Shown here one piece after another: positions 1 to 8,726 of a DNA stretch of 64,000 nucleotides; position 1 is the stretch's first letter; each line of letters starts with the position of its first letter. Made by a program: the position numbers and the translations under genes. Under the pieces are notes generated by a model. It saw nothing but the letters and a program-made list of their open reading frames with translations. It did not search any database and was not told the origin of the DNA. The stretch comes from Dehalococcoidia bacterium (GTDB lineage Bacteria; Chloroflexota; Dehalococcoidia; Bin125), in the NCBI GenBank assembly GCA_963662615.2, contig CAXXSR010000001.1, positions 1,408,001-1,472,000 on the forward strand, given 5' to 3'.

Positions 1-106
1 CGGCCCCGCCGTCGGTCGCGTCACACACGCCACTGCAGGCCCAGTGACCACTCCGTATACTGCGGCTGCGCCCCCATTTCACCTGCTGCACGGAAACGGA
101 TGCGTC

Positions 107-436
107 ATGGCAACCCCTCCCACAGAGACAGAGATTCCCCTCGGCTTCGGCGGCAGCACCGCTGCGGTGGGCGATCACATTGCGCACTTCTACCGCGGCG
201 AAGCCGAAATGTTCAGCGTCCTCGGACCCTACATCGCCGCGGGGTTGGAGCGCGACGAACGCTGCGCCGTGATCTGCAGCCCCGACAGCGCCGTCAACTT
301 CCGCGCCTGGCTCGACGCGCGCGGCCTGGACGCCATCCGCTCCCACCCGCTCTGTATCATGGGTGAAGTTCTCGTGCATAACGCCCTGCATACGGACCCC
401 ACTGAGCTCTTGGAGGAGCTTGCGGAGCGGATCTAG
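107..436 (+). pseudogene. MEDS-domain sensor protein, internally deleted
   Basis: N-terminal GDHIAHFYRGEAE..PYIAAGLERDERCAVI and C-terminal IRSHPLCI..N are MEDS-like, but only ~109 aa; the central part appears missing. Confidence 0.6.
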
Positions 437-2779
437 ATGCCGCAATCGCGTCGAGCCCGCGCCTCAACCAAGCGCAAGCAGGCCAATCCGGCCAAACCAA
501 CCAAGCCGGCTCGCACGGCTGCGCCCACCCGTCCCCTCTCGGATCCGTTCACGCTGCTTGACCTGGCCACCGCTATCACGCTCGTCCACCGTGAGGAGGA
601 CGTCGCCCGCTTGGTCGCCTCTGCCGTCACCTCCGCTCTCGCCCTTCCCCTCGGCGCTATGGGCGTCCGCGGCGCCAACGGCGACCTCAGCCTCGTCCTC
701 GGGCAGCTCGGCTCCGACCCCCTCGACCCCGCGCTCATCGAGGAGCTCCGCGACTACTTCGACCGTGCCGCCGCCGATCGCGTCGAACAGAGCCGGCCCT
801 CCTGTTCGCAGCTGACGCCGGACGACGACGTCCTCCCCGGCCTCCGCGCCGCCGGTATCAAGCGACTTCTCGTCGCGCTGCTCCGCACCGTCGACGGCGA
901 CTTCGGCGGCATCATCGCCGGCACCCGCCGGGACCAGCCCTTCGAGCGCCAGCACCAGGCGGTCTTGGAGACGCTCGCCGGCCAGAGCATGGTCGCCATC
1001 CGCCACATCCGCGCCGACGCCGAACGGGCTCGCCTCGCAGAGCGCGTCCAGATCCTCGACCAGCTGATGCGCGTCGCCGCCTCCAGCCTCAACATCGACG
1101 ATGTCTTTGAAGGCGTCTCCACGCAGGTCAAGCGCCTCATCGACTTCGACGCGATGACCGTCGCCCTCCACCGCGCCGGCGACGACGCCCTTCAGGTCCA
1201 TGCGACCGCCGTCCCCGCCGGCGGACCGCTGCGGCCCGGCCTCCGCCTTGGCTTGGATGACGCCCCGCAGGGCGAGGTCATTCGCACCGGGCGACCCGTC
1301 GTCCGCCGCGATGTGCGCACGGACGGCAAATACCCCATCGAGTTTCAGGTCGCTGAGGCCTACGGCACCCGCTCGTCCATGTTCATCCCCCTAACCTCAC
1401 GCGGCCGCGTCTTTGGCTCCCTCAATTTCGCCTCCGCGACGCCCGGACGCTATGGCGACGAACAGGTGCAGCTCGCCCAAGAGATCGCCGACCACCTCGC
1501 CATCGTCGTGGAGCACGGTGTCCTCTATGAAGAAGCCAAGCAAACGGCCACGTTGGAGGAGCGCACACGCCTGGCGCGGGAGATCCACGACACCCTGGCC
1601 CAATCGCTGACCGGCATCGCCATGCAGCTTGAGGCCGCCGAGGACGAACTCGGCGGCGCCGCCCCTTCCGCCGGCGCCTTCATCCAGACCGCCCGCCACC
1701 AGGCTCGCGAAAGCCTGGAAGAGGCGCGTCGCTCCGTCTGGGACCTGCAACCCGCCGCGCTCGAGTCCGGCGCCTTGACCGACGCGCTTCGCCGTGAGGC
1801 CGCCCGCCTCGCCGACGCCGGCCTCGATGTCGCCTTCGACGTCGTCGGCGCTCCCGCCGACCGCATCGACCGCCGCTGCGAGCAGGCGCTCCTCCGCATC
1901 GCCCAGGAGACCTTCAACAACATCCGCCAACACGCCCAGGCCCGCTCCGTCCGCGCCGTCCTCGAATACCGGCCCAGCGAGATTCGGCTGCGCGTCTCCG
2001 ACGACGGTGTCGGCTTCGACCCGGACCGCTCCGTCGGCCTGCTCTCGGCCGGCGGCGGCTTCGGCCTCTCCAGCATGCAGGAGCGCGCCCGCCTCGTGGA
2101 CGGGCAGGTCGAGATTCGCAGCACCCCTGGGGTGGGAACCGAGATCGTCGCCGTCGTTCCCGCCCGCCCTGCCGCCGACGAGCCCCCCGTGCTCACCCAG
2201 ACCTCCGTCACCGCCAACGTCCCCGCCGAGCCCGCCCACCGCATTCGTGTCCTCATCGCCGACGACCACGAGTTGGTGCGCCGGGGCATCCGTCACATGC
2301 TCGAGCAGGTCGCCGACATCGAAGTCGTCGGCGAGGCCGCCGACGGCGAAGAGGCCATCCGTCAGGTGCAGGCCCTCTCGCCGCACGTCCTCCTGCTCGA
2401 CCTGCAGATGCCCACGCTCGACGGCGTCGGCACCCTCCGCCGCCTGCGTGAGATCGGCACCAGCGCGCGCACCATCCTCTTCTCCGTCTTCGCCAAGGAC
2501 GAACAGATCTATGAGGGCGACTCCCTCATCCCCCCCGTCATCGCCGACCGCCTCGTCGAGCGCATCGACTCCGCCACCGGCGCCCATCTCACCGCGCGCG
2601 AGCGCGACATCCTGAACCAGCTCGCCACCGGTGCGCGCAACAAGGAGATCGCCACGGCGCTCTCCCTCAGCGCCGGCACCGTCAAGTGGCACATCAGCAA
2701 CCTCTATCAAAAGCTCAACGTCACCACCCGCACGGAGGCCGTTCGCGTCGCCAGCGACCGCGGCTTCCTCAACACCTAG
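437..2779 (+). CDS. Hybrid GAF-GAF/HisKA_3/HATPase/REC/LuxR-HTH sensor-regulator (REC partly deleted)
   Basis: ERTRLAREIHDTLAQ H-box, QETFNNI N-box, DDGVGFD and GFGL G-boxes, VLIADDH..LLLDLQMP receiver, LTARERDIL..TVKWHISNLYQKL HTH. Confidence 0.9.
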   Translation: MPQSRRARASTKRKQANPAKPTKPARTAAPTRPLSDPFTLLDLATAITLVHREEDVARLVASAVTSALALPLGAMGVRGANGDLSLVLGQLGSDPLDPALIEELRDYFDRAAADRVEQSRPSCSQLTPDDDVLPGLRAAGIKRLLVALLRTVDGDFGGIIAGTRRDQPFERQHQAVLETLAGQSMVAIRHIRADAERARLAERVQILDQLMRVAASSLNIDDVFEGVSTQVKRLIDFDAMTVALHRAGDDALQVHATAVPAGGPLRPGLRLGLDDAPQGEVIRTGRPVVRRDVRTDGKYPIEFQVAEAYGTRSSMFIPLTSRGRVFGSLNFASATPGRYGDEQVQLAQEIADHLAIVVEHGVLYEEAKQTATLEERTRLAREIHDTLAQSLTGIAMQLEAAEDELGGAAPSAGAFIQTARHQARESLEEARRSVWDLQPAALESGALTDALRREAARLADAGLDVAFDVVGAPADRIDRRCEQALLRIAQETFNNIRQHAQARSVRAVLEYRPSEIRLRVSDDGVGFDPDRSVGLLSAGGGFGLSSMQERARLVDGQVEIRSTPGVGTEIVAVVPARPAADEPPVLTQTSVTANVPAEPAHRIRVLIADDHELVRRGIRHMLEQVADIEVVGEAADGEEAIRQVQALSPHVLLLDLQMPTLDGVGTLRRLREIGTSARTILFSVFAKDEQIYEGDSLIPPVIADRLVERIDSATGAHLTARERDILNQLATGARNKEIATALSLSAGTVKWHISNLYQKLNVTTRTEAVRVASDRGFLNT

Positions 2780-2931
2780 TCGCTCCCCCCTCCCAAACGG
2801 GAGGGCACGCTCCCTCTCCAATTGCCTGCGGCAAAACCGCCCGAGCAGGAGGCGCGATCAGCCCTCGCCCCTGGCACGCTGGGGGAGAAGAAAGACATCG
2901 CAGGGTGCCGAGAGGAGAGCAGCCGTGCCGA
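2778..2931 (+). promoter_or_regulatory. Conserved LuxR/NarL-associated promoter element (copy 1)
   Basis: Palindrome CCCTCCC-AAAC-GGGAGGG at 2788-2805; 33-bp core 2810-2842 identical to reverse complement of 58818-58850. Confidence 0.6.
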
Positions 2932-3116
2932 ACTTCAATTCCAGCCTCCGAGCATTCCGCCTCGGCGCCTGTGAGCGCTGCGGCGGCAATGCTCACTTTG
3001 ACGCCCAGGATGAGGAATGGCGCTGCCTCCAGTGCGGTCGCCCGGCGCAGCCGCCGGTCGCGCTCGCCCTTCCTCCAGAAGGATCCACGCCGCCCGCTGC
3101 GGCTCGCGCCGCCTAG
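2925..3116 (+). CDS. Small zinc-ribbon protein
   Basis: GAGAGGAG RBS, GTG start, CERCGG..WRCLQCGR. Confidence 0.65.
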   Translation: MPNFNSSLRAFRLGACERCGGNAHFDAQDEEWRCLQCGRPAQPPVALALPPEGSTPPAAARAA

Positions 3117-3145
3117 CAAGCTGCCCGCTTTGGAAGGAGAACCCC

Positions 3146-3346
3146 ATGCCGCCACTCCGAGACCTCGTCCACATGCAGCAAGAACCGGTCCGGCGGATCC
3201 GCCGCCGCGCCCTCCAGCGCCGCGAGCACTGGCCTCAGTTCGCCGCTCTGGCGGACGAGCTCGAGGCGTTCGAGCTCGTGACCGTGCCGGTGCCGATACC
3301 CGCGCAGACGCCGGACCCCTGGGTCGGGCCCTCGCGCGCTGCCTAG
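3146..3346 (+). CDS. Small hypothetical protein
   Basis: AAGGAGA RBS before ATG; 66 aa. Confidence 0.5.
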   Translation: MPPLRDLVHMQQEPVRRIRRRALQRREHWPQFAALADELEAFELVTVPVPIPAQTPDPWVGPSRAA

Positions 3347-3427
3347 CTCCCAGCACCGGCCGCGCCGCGGAACGGGGCGCCATGACGAGACGGTACGAAA
3401 CCGCATGGAGACAAGGACACATTTGAA

Positions 3428-4189
3428 ATGGTGACCTTGGTCCACCGAACGCGAACGTCCACCGACGCCGCCAGCGCCTACCGCTTTGAGCGCCTCAGGA
3501 CCGGCCTTGTCCTGCGGGACATGTACTTCACCGCCCGCGATCCCCGGCCCGGGGACCCGGTCCCGGAATTTGATCTCCGCACGCTCGACGGCGGCCGCTT
3601 TCGCTCCGCCGACCTCGCCACCAGCGGTCCCGCGCTCCTGGTCTTCGGCTCCTACACCTGCCCCGTGACGGACAGCTCCGCCCCGGGGCTGCGAGAGCTG
3701 CACGCGCGCTTTGGCGATCACGTGCGATTCGTCATGGTGGCGGTGCGCGAGGCACACCCCGGCGAAAACGCCCCCCAACCCCACGGCTTCGACGAGAAGT
3801 GGGAGCACGCCGCCATGCTGCGCGACCTCCACGGCTTCGACTTCGAGGTCGCCGTCGACGATATCGACGGCTCGCTGCACCGCGCCTTCAGTCCCAAGCC
3901 GAACTCGGCCTACTTGCTGGGATCCGATGGCACGATCCTCTTCCGCGCCCACTGGGCCAATGACACGAAGGCGATCGGAGAGGCGCTGGCCGCGGTCACC
4001 GTGGGACAGCCCCTTCGCCGCACGCGCAGCGGCGGCCTTCGGCCCGTCCTCCGCACGATCCCCCACATCGCCCCGGTCCTGGATCGCGCCGGCCGTCGCG
4101 CCTGGTGGGACATGTGGCGCGCGGCACCGCCAATGGCCGCCGCCGCCGCGCTGTTGCGGCTGCTTCGCCTCACTCCAGGGAGAAACTGA
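3428..4189 (+). CDS. Iodothyronine-deiodinase-like thioredoxin-fold protein (Cys form)
   Basis: LLVFGSYTCP and VREAHP match deiodinase-family FGSxT(U/C)P and YIxEAH motifs. Confidence 0.75.
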   Translation: MVTLVHRTRTSTDAASAYRFERLRTGLVLRDMYFTARDPRPGDPVPEFDLRTLDGGRFRSADLATSGPALLVFGSYTCPVTDSSAPGLRELHARFGDHVRFVMVAVREAHPGENAPQPHGFDEKWEHAAMLRDLHGFDFEVAVDDIDGSLHRAFSPKPNSAYLLGSDGTILFRAHWANDTKAIGEALAAVTVGQPLRRTRSGGLRPVLRTIPHIAPVLDRAGRRAWWDMWRAAPPMAAAAALLRLLRLTPGRN

Positions 4190-4296
4190 CAGGGCCGGCG
4201 CGCGCCCCGGCTCCCGCCTCATCACGATCCGCAGCCGCATCGAAGACGGCACGCTCTTCTACGGCAACGGCGAAGCGGAGTAAGGAGAGAACGGTA

Positions 4297-4644
4297 ATGA
4301 GTAAACCGCAGCCGCTCACGGACGCGACCTTTGACCACGAGGTTCTGGAGAACGACTTGCCCGTCTTGGTCGATTTCTGGGCGCCCTGGTGCGGCCCCTG
4401 CCGTCTCGTCGGACCGATCGTCGAAGAGCTGGCCGCCCACTACGACGGTCGCGTCGCCTTCTACAAGCTCGACACCGATGAGAACCGTGAAACGGCCCGT
4501 CGCTACTCCGTCCGCAGCATTCCCGCCCTCCTCATCTTCAGGGAAGGGGAGCTGGTGAAGCAGATCGTGGGCCTCCGCGCCAAGAACGTGCTCAAGGAAG
4601 CGATCGATTCCGTCCTGACGCAGTCACCAACAGTGCCCGCCTGA
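4297..4644 (+). CDS. trxA: Thioredoxin
   Basis: VLVDFWAPWCGPC, SIP cis-Pro motif, AAGGAG RBS. Confidence 0.95.
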   Translation: MSKPQPLTDATFDHEVLENDLPVLVDFWAPWCGPCRLVGPIVEELAAHYDGRVAFYKLDTDENRETARRYSVRSIPALLIFREGELVKQIVGLRAKNVLKEAIDSVLTQSPTVPA

Positions 4645-4675
4645 CCAATCGCCAAGAAGGGAAAGAGGACCACCA

Positions 4676-5527
4676 ATGCAGATGCTTGCCGCCCGCACCA
4701 TCATCGCCTCCGCCAGCGTCGCCCTCGCCGCCGGTGTGGCGGGGGCGTTCATCGCCCTCGCCGTCGACGACGGCGACACCACTATCATTCAGGGCCAGCC
4801 GCCTCCCGTCGCCGACGCGACGGGCGCGCTCGCGTCGCCGCCCGCCGCCGCGCCGGCGGTGGCCCTCGACCCGCCGCCCATGCTCATGATCTCCGGCCCG
4901 ACCGGCACCGCTTACCCCACGCGCATCTTTGAGCAGGTGGCGCCCTCCGTCGTCCTCGTCCAGACCCCTACCGGCGGCGGCACCGGCTTCTTCGTCGACA
5001 CGCAGGGACACCTCATCACGAACTAACACGTCGTCCAGGGCAACGACGAGGTCATAATCGACCTCGGGGACGGCAACCGCGTCCGCGGCGAAGTGGTCGG
5101 CGCCTCGCCCGATAACGACCTCGCCGTCGTCAAGATCGACCCCAGCGGCCTCCGCATCGTTCCCGTCCGCCTCGGCGACTCTGACGCCTTGGTCGTGGGC
5201 GAGGCCGTCGCCGCCATCGGCAACCCCTTCGGCTTGGAGCGCACCCTCACCACTGGCATCGTCTCCGCCTTGGACCGCGAACTCCCGCCACTCGAGCCGG
5301 GCCTGGCCCCTCAGCGCGGCGCCATCCAGACCGACACCTCCGTCAACCCCGGCAACTCCGGGGGGCCGCTCATCAACATGGCCGGCGAAGTGGTCGGCGT
5401 GACCTCCGCCGCCATTGGCCCCATCGCCGGTTCGGTCGGGCTCAACTTCGCCATCCCGGTCAACACCGTCGCGCGCCTGCTGCCCGAACTCATCGGCAGC
5501 GCAGTGGCCACGACGCCCGCCCGATAG
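4676..5527 (+). pseudogene. PDZ-less HtrA/S1C serine protease with in-frame TAA
   Basis: GTGFF..LITN*HVV..DLAV..IQTDTSVNPGNSGGPL in one frame; TAA at 5024-5026. Confidence 0.85.
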
Positions 5528-5599
5528 CTGTCCCCTCCGAAACCCAGGGAGCCGGTCCCCGCCGCCACCCGCTACTCTCCCAGCCGAGGAGCTAGCCCC

Positions 5600-6487
5600 A
5601 TGCCCGAAACCGACGTCTCCGCGCTCGACCCGTATGCACGACACCGCGTCACTCTGCTCGATAGCGAGATGGCCTATGTCGACACTGGCGGCAACGGCGA
5701 CGCCGTCGTCTTCCTGCACGGCAACCCCACCTCGTCGTATCTGTGGCGCAACATCATCCCCCACCTCGCCCCCTTGGCCCGCTGCCTGGCCCCCGATCTG
5801 ATCGGCATGGGCGACTCTGGGCCAGCGGGCGACGGCTCCTACCGCTTCGTCGATCACCGCCGCTACCTGGATGCCTGGTTCAATGCCCTCCTGCCCCACG
5901 AGCGGCTCACCTTCGTGATCCACGACTGGGGCTCGGCCCTCGGCTTCGACTGGGCCCGGCGCCACCCCCACCGCGTCAAAGGGTTGGCCTTCATGGAGGC
6001 GATCGTGCAGGAGTTGAGCTGGGACGACTTCCCCGAGGCCGCGCGTGGCCTCTTCTCGGGCTTCCGCTCCCCGGCGGGTGAGGACATGGTGCTGGAGAAG
6101 AACGTGTTCGTGGAAAACGTGCTGCCCGGGAGCATCCTGCGCGACCTTACGGAGGCCGAGATGGCGGCCTACCGCAAGCCCTACATCAAGCCGGGCGAGT
6201 CTCGTCGCCCGACCCTGACCTGGCCGCGCGAGATCCCGCTCGAGGGCGAGCCCGCGGATGTCGTGCGCATCGTCACGGACAACGCCGCTTGGCTCCGCAC
6301 GAGCGACGTGCCCAAGCTGCTGATCGCCGCCAAGCCCGGCGCCATCCTGACCGGCCGCCCCCTGGAGGCTGCGCGGAACTGGCCCAATACGACGGAGGTC
6401 GCCGTGGCAGGCGTGCACTTTGTCCAGGAGGACTCGCCCCGGGCGATCGGCGAGTCGATCGCGGACTGGTACCGCGCTCTCCCCTGA
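5600..6487 (+). CDS. dhaA: Haloalkane dehalogenase (DhaA/LinB type)
   Basis: HGNPTSSYLWRN, HDWG nucleophile, FMEA, GVHFVQED. Confidence 0.92.
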   Translation: MPETDVSALDPYARHRVTLLDSEMAYVDTGGNGDAVVFLHGNPTSSYLWRNIIPHLAPLARCLAPDLIGMGDSGPAGDGSYRFVDHRRYLDAWFNALLPHERLTFVIHDWGSALGFDWARRHPHRVKGLAFMEAIVQELSWDDFPEAARGLFSGFRSPAGEDMVLEKNVFVENVLPGSILRDLTEAEMAAYRKPYIKPGESRRPTLTWPREIPLEGEPADVVRIVTDNAAWLRTSDVPKLLIAAKPGAILTGRPLEAARNWPNTTEVAVAGVHFVQEDSPRAIGESIADWYRALP

Positions 6488-6594
6488 AGAGGGCCGGTCA
6501 GAAGCTCCGGCCACAACTCCGATCCGACCCGCTCACCCGACTCGGCCGCGGACCCGCGGCCGTCGGCGATGACCAGGTTTCAGCGGTCGCTACC

Positions 6595-8301
6595 TCACCC
6601 GCCGTCGGAGCCTTTGGCGGATCCCACGGCGTCGTAGGCGTCGTAGACCTCGATCTTCTGCCGTCGTTGTTTCTCTTGGCGAACCATGTTGATCGTCCCG
6701 CCTTCACCGAAGCGGTTGCTCTCTGCGAAGTTCACCTCGTTGAGCGCGTAGTCGAACTTGTACTCCTTGGCAACGACACGATCGGCGTACTCGCGCAGGT
6801 GAATGAAGTAAGCCAGGTAGGCGATCGTCTGGTGCAGTGTGAGCGGCGCCCGGCGCAGCGTTCCCCAGATCATGCGCAGCGCAAAACGCCGATGCTGGCT
6901 GCCGCCGGTCAGGTAGTAGCGCAAGATCATCATGGTCTGCTTGATCAGAAACGGGCGATACCGCCCCAGTGGCTTCTGGATGAATGGACGGTCCCGGTGC
7001 TTGCCCCATTGCTCCACGTTCGCCAGCCACCGATCTCCCACCGCGTCCCACGTGTAGATCCGCTGGAAGAGTTCGCGGTATCCGCTGATCAGCTCCTCGT
7101 ACGACATCTGCAACGGTTCGATGTTCGTGTAGCTGAGCGTATTATTCCCCTGGGCTGCCGACCGCAGCCGCCCTGCCTTCTCCAGCCGCTCGTACAGCGG
7201 CGTCCGGGGGATCGCTTGCAGGATGCCGAGCATCACGATCGGCGCGCCCGCGAGCTGCAGGAACTCGTACTGGTCCTCGAAGATCCCTGCATCATCGCTG
7301 TCGAAACCGACGATCATCCCGGCCACGGTGACCATGCCGTAACTCTGTATGGTCTTGATGTCTTCAACCAGATTCGCCGCCACGTTCTGGAACTTTTTGG
7401 TCTCAATCAGGCTCTCTTTGCGCGGCGACTCGATGCCGAGGAAGGCCTCGGTGACGTTCGCCTGGCGCATCAGCTCCAAAAGCTCCGGGTCGCGCACACA
7501 ATCGACGCTCATCTCCACGTACAGGCTCAGAGGCGTTCGGCGGGCTCGGTTCCAGTCGCCCACTGCCTTCAGCATCTGCTTGGCGTACTTGCGGTTGCCC
7601 ACCAGGTTGTCGTCCACGAGCGTGACGAAATCCAGGCCGGCATCAGCCCAGGCCTGTAGCTCCCGCAGCACGTTCTCGATCGGTTTCATGCGGACCTTGC
7701 GACCGTACGTCACGATGATGTCGCAGAACTCGCAGCTGAACGGACAGCCGCGCGTGGTCTGAACGGCGCCGACTCGGTAGGCCTTCGCGTCGAGGAGATC
7801 GAGTCGGGGTGCCGGACTGTCCCTCATGTCGATCTTCTCGGTCTGGACGTAGCGATCCTCGTGCTCGCCCCGCTCCCACGCGTCCAGGAACGCTTTCCAC
7901 GTGTACTCGCCCTCCCCCTCGAAGAGAATGTCGCAGTGCGGGCGGCAGCGCTCGGGCAACACGTTGCAGATCGGGCCACCCATGCAGACGGTGTAGCCGT
8001 TCGACCGGAAGCGGTCGGCCACCTCGAATAGACGCTGCTCTTGAATGCCCATGGCCGACAGAACGATCAAGTCCGCCGCGACCTCGAAGTCGATGGGCTC
8101 GATGTTCTCGTCGACGATCGCAACGTCGTATCGGTCGGGCGTCAGCGCTGCCACCGTGGCCAGCCCCAGCGGCGGCATGACCGTCTTGAAACCGCCGATC
8201 TCCTTAATGAACCCGAAGCTCCAGAAGGAGGGCGGGAACTTCGGGTGGACCATGACGATTCGCTTGCGCTGGCTCCGCCCATTGACGTCTGCTTGCTTCA
8301 T
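6595..8301 (-). CDS. Cobalamin-binding radical SAM protein (HpnP/DUF4070-like)
   Basis: PPLGLATVAAL B12 domain, RGCPFSCEFC, GIES, GMIVGFDSD. Confidence 0.88.
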   Translation of the reverse strand: MKQADVNGRSQRKRIVMVHPKFPPSFWSFGFIKEIGGFKTVMPPLGLATVAALTPDRYDVAIVDENIEPIDFEVAADLIVLSAMGIQEQRLFEVADRFRSNGYTVCMGGPICNVLPERCRPHCDILFEGEGEYTWKAFLDAWERGEHEDRYVQTEKIDMRDSPAPRLDLLDAKAYRVGAVQTTRGCPFSCEFCDIIVTYGRKVRMKPIENVLRELQAWADAGLDFVTLVDDNLVGNRKYAKQMLKAVGDWNRARRTPLSLYVEMSVDCVRDPELLELMRQANVTEAFLGIESPRKESLIETKKFQNVAANLVEDIKTIQSYGMVTVAGMIVGFDSDDAGIFEDQYEFLQLAGAPIVMLGILQAIPRTPLYERLEKAGRLRSAAQGNNTLSYTNIEPLQMSYEELISGYRELFQRIYTWDAVGDRWLANVEQWGKHRDRPFIQKPLGRYRPFLIKQTMMILRYYLTGGSQHRRFALRMIWGTLRRAPLTLHQTIAYLAYFIHLREYADRVVAKEYKFDYALNEVNFAESNRFGEGGTINMVRQEKQRRQKIEVYDAYDAVGSAKGSDGG

Positions 8302-8726
8302 CGCGCCCAGCCTTCCAGCGGCCACAACTCCGCCGATCCTGACTCGAGTCACCTTTAGCGCCAGTGATGCCGTTTGCCACCTGCACGTATCCTATGACCC
8401 AGAGCAGATCCACGCTCGCAGCGCCGCCACAACCCCTACCCGACTCGATTACCCGACCCGATCGCCGACCCGCGGCTGATCATCGACGACGTGCCGGCTC
8501 CGCTTGACGAAGCCGCCCCCACCTCCGAGCGGACCCTCCCTGTCTCCCCGGTGGGGGAGGCAGGCCCAACCCGCTCCCCATCCCCCTCCCCCCTGTTCGG
8601 CAGGACCGCGCCCCCCACCGATCTCGCCCTACGCTCGCCGCGCCGCGGACCGCAACGGGTTGATGACGGTCCTATAGTGCGCCGGAACCGTCTGGGCAGC
8701 GCCGCCGTCTGGCTACAGAGAGGGTC

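Noticed and set aside
2810-2860. c-di-GMP-I riboswitch (GGCAAAACC)
   Set aside because: Lacks the GNRA/receptor stems and downstream GCAAAG consensus; better explained as a regulator-bound promoter
4200-4283. Short coding-like stub (ITIRSRIEDGTLFYGNGEAE*) before trxA
   Set aside because: Possibly a gene remnant, but too short to assign
5024-5026. Stop-codon recoding in htrA
   Set aside because: TAA is not a Sec/Pyl codon, the position is not a Cys/Lys site, and other genes here end in TAA
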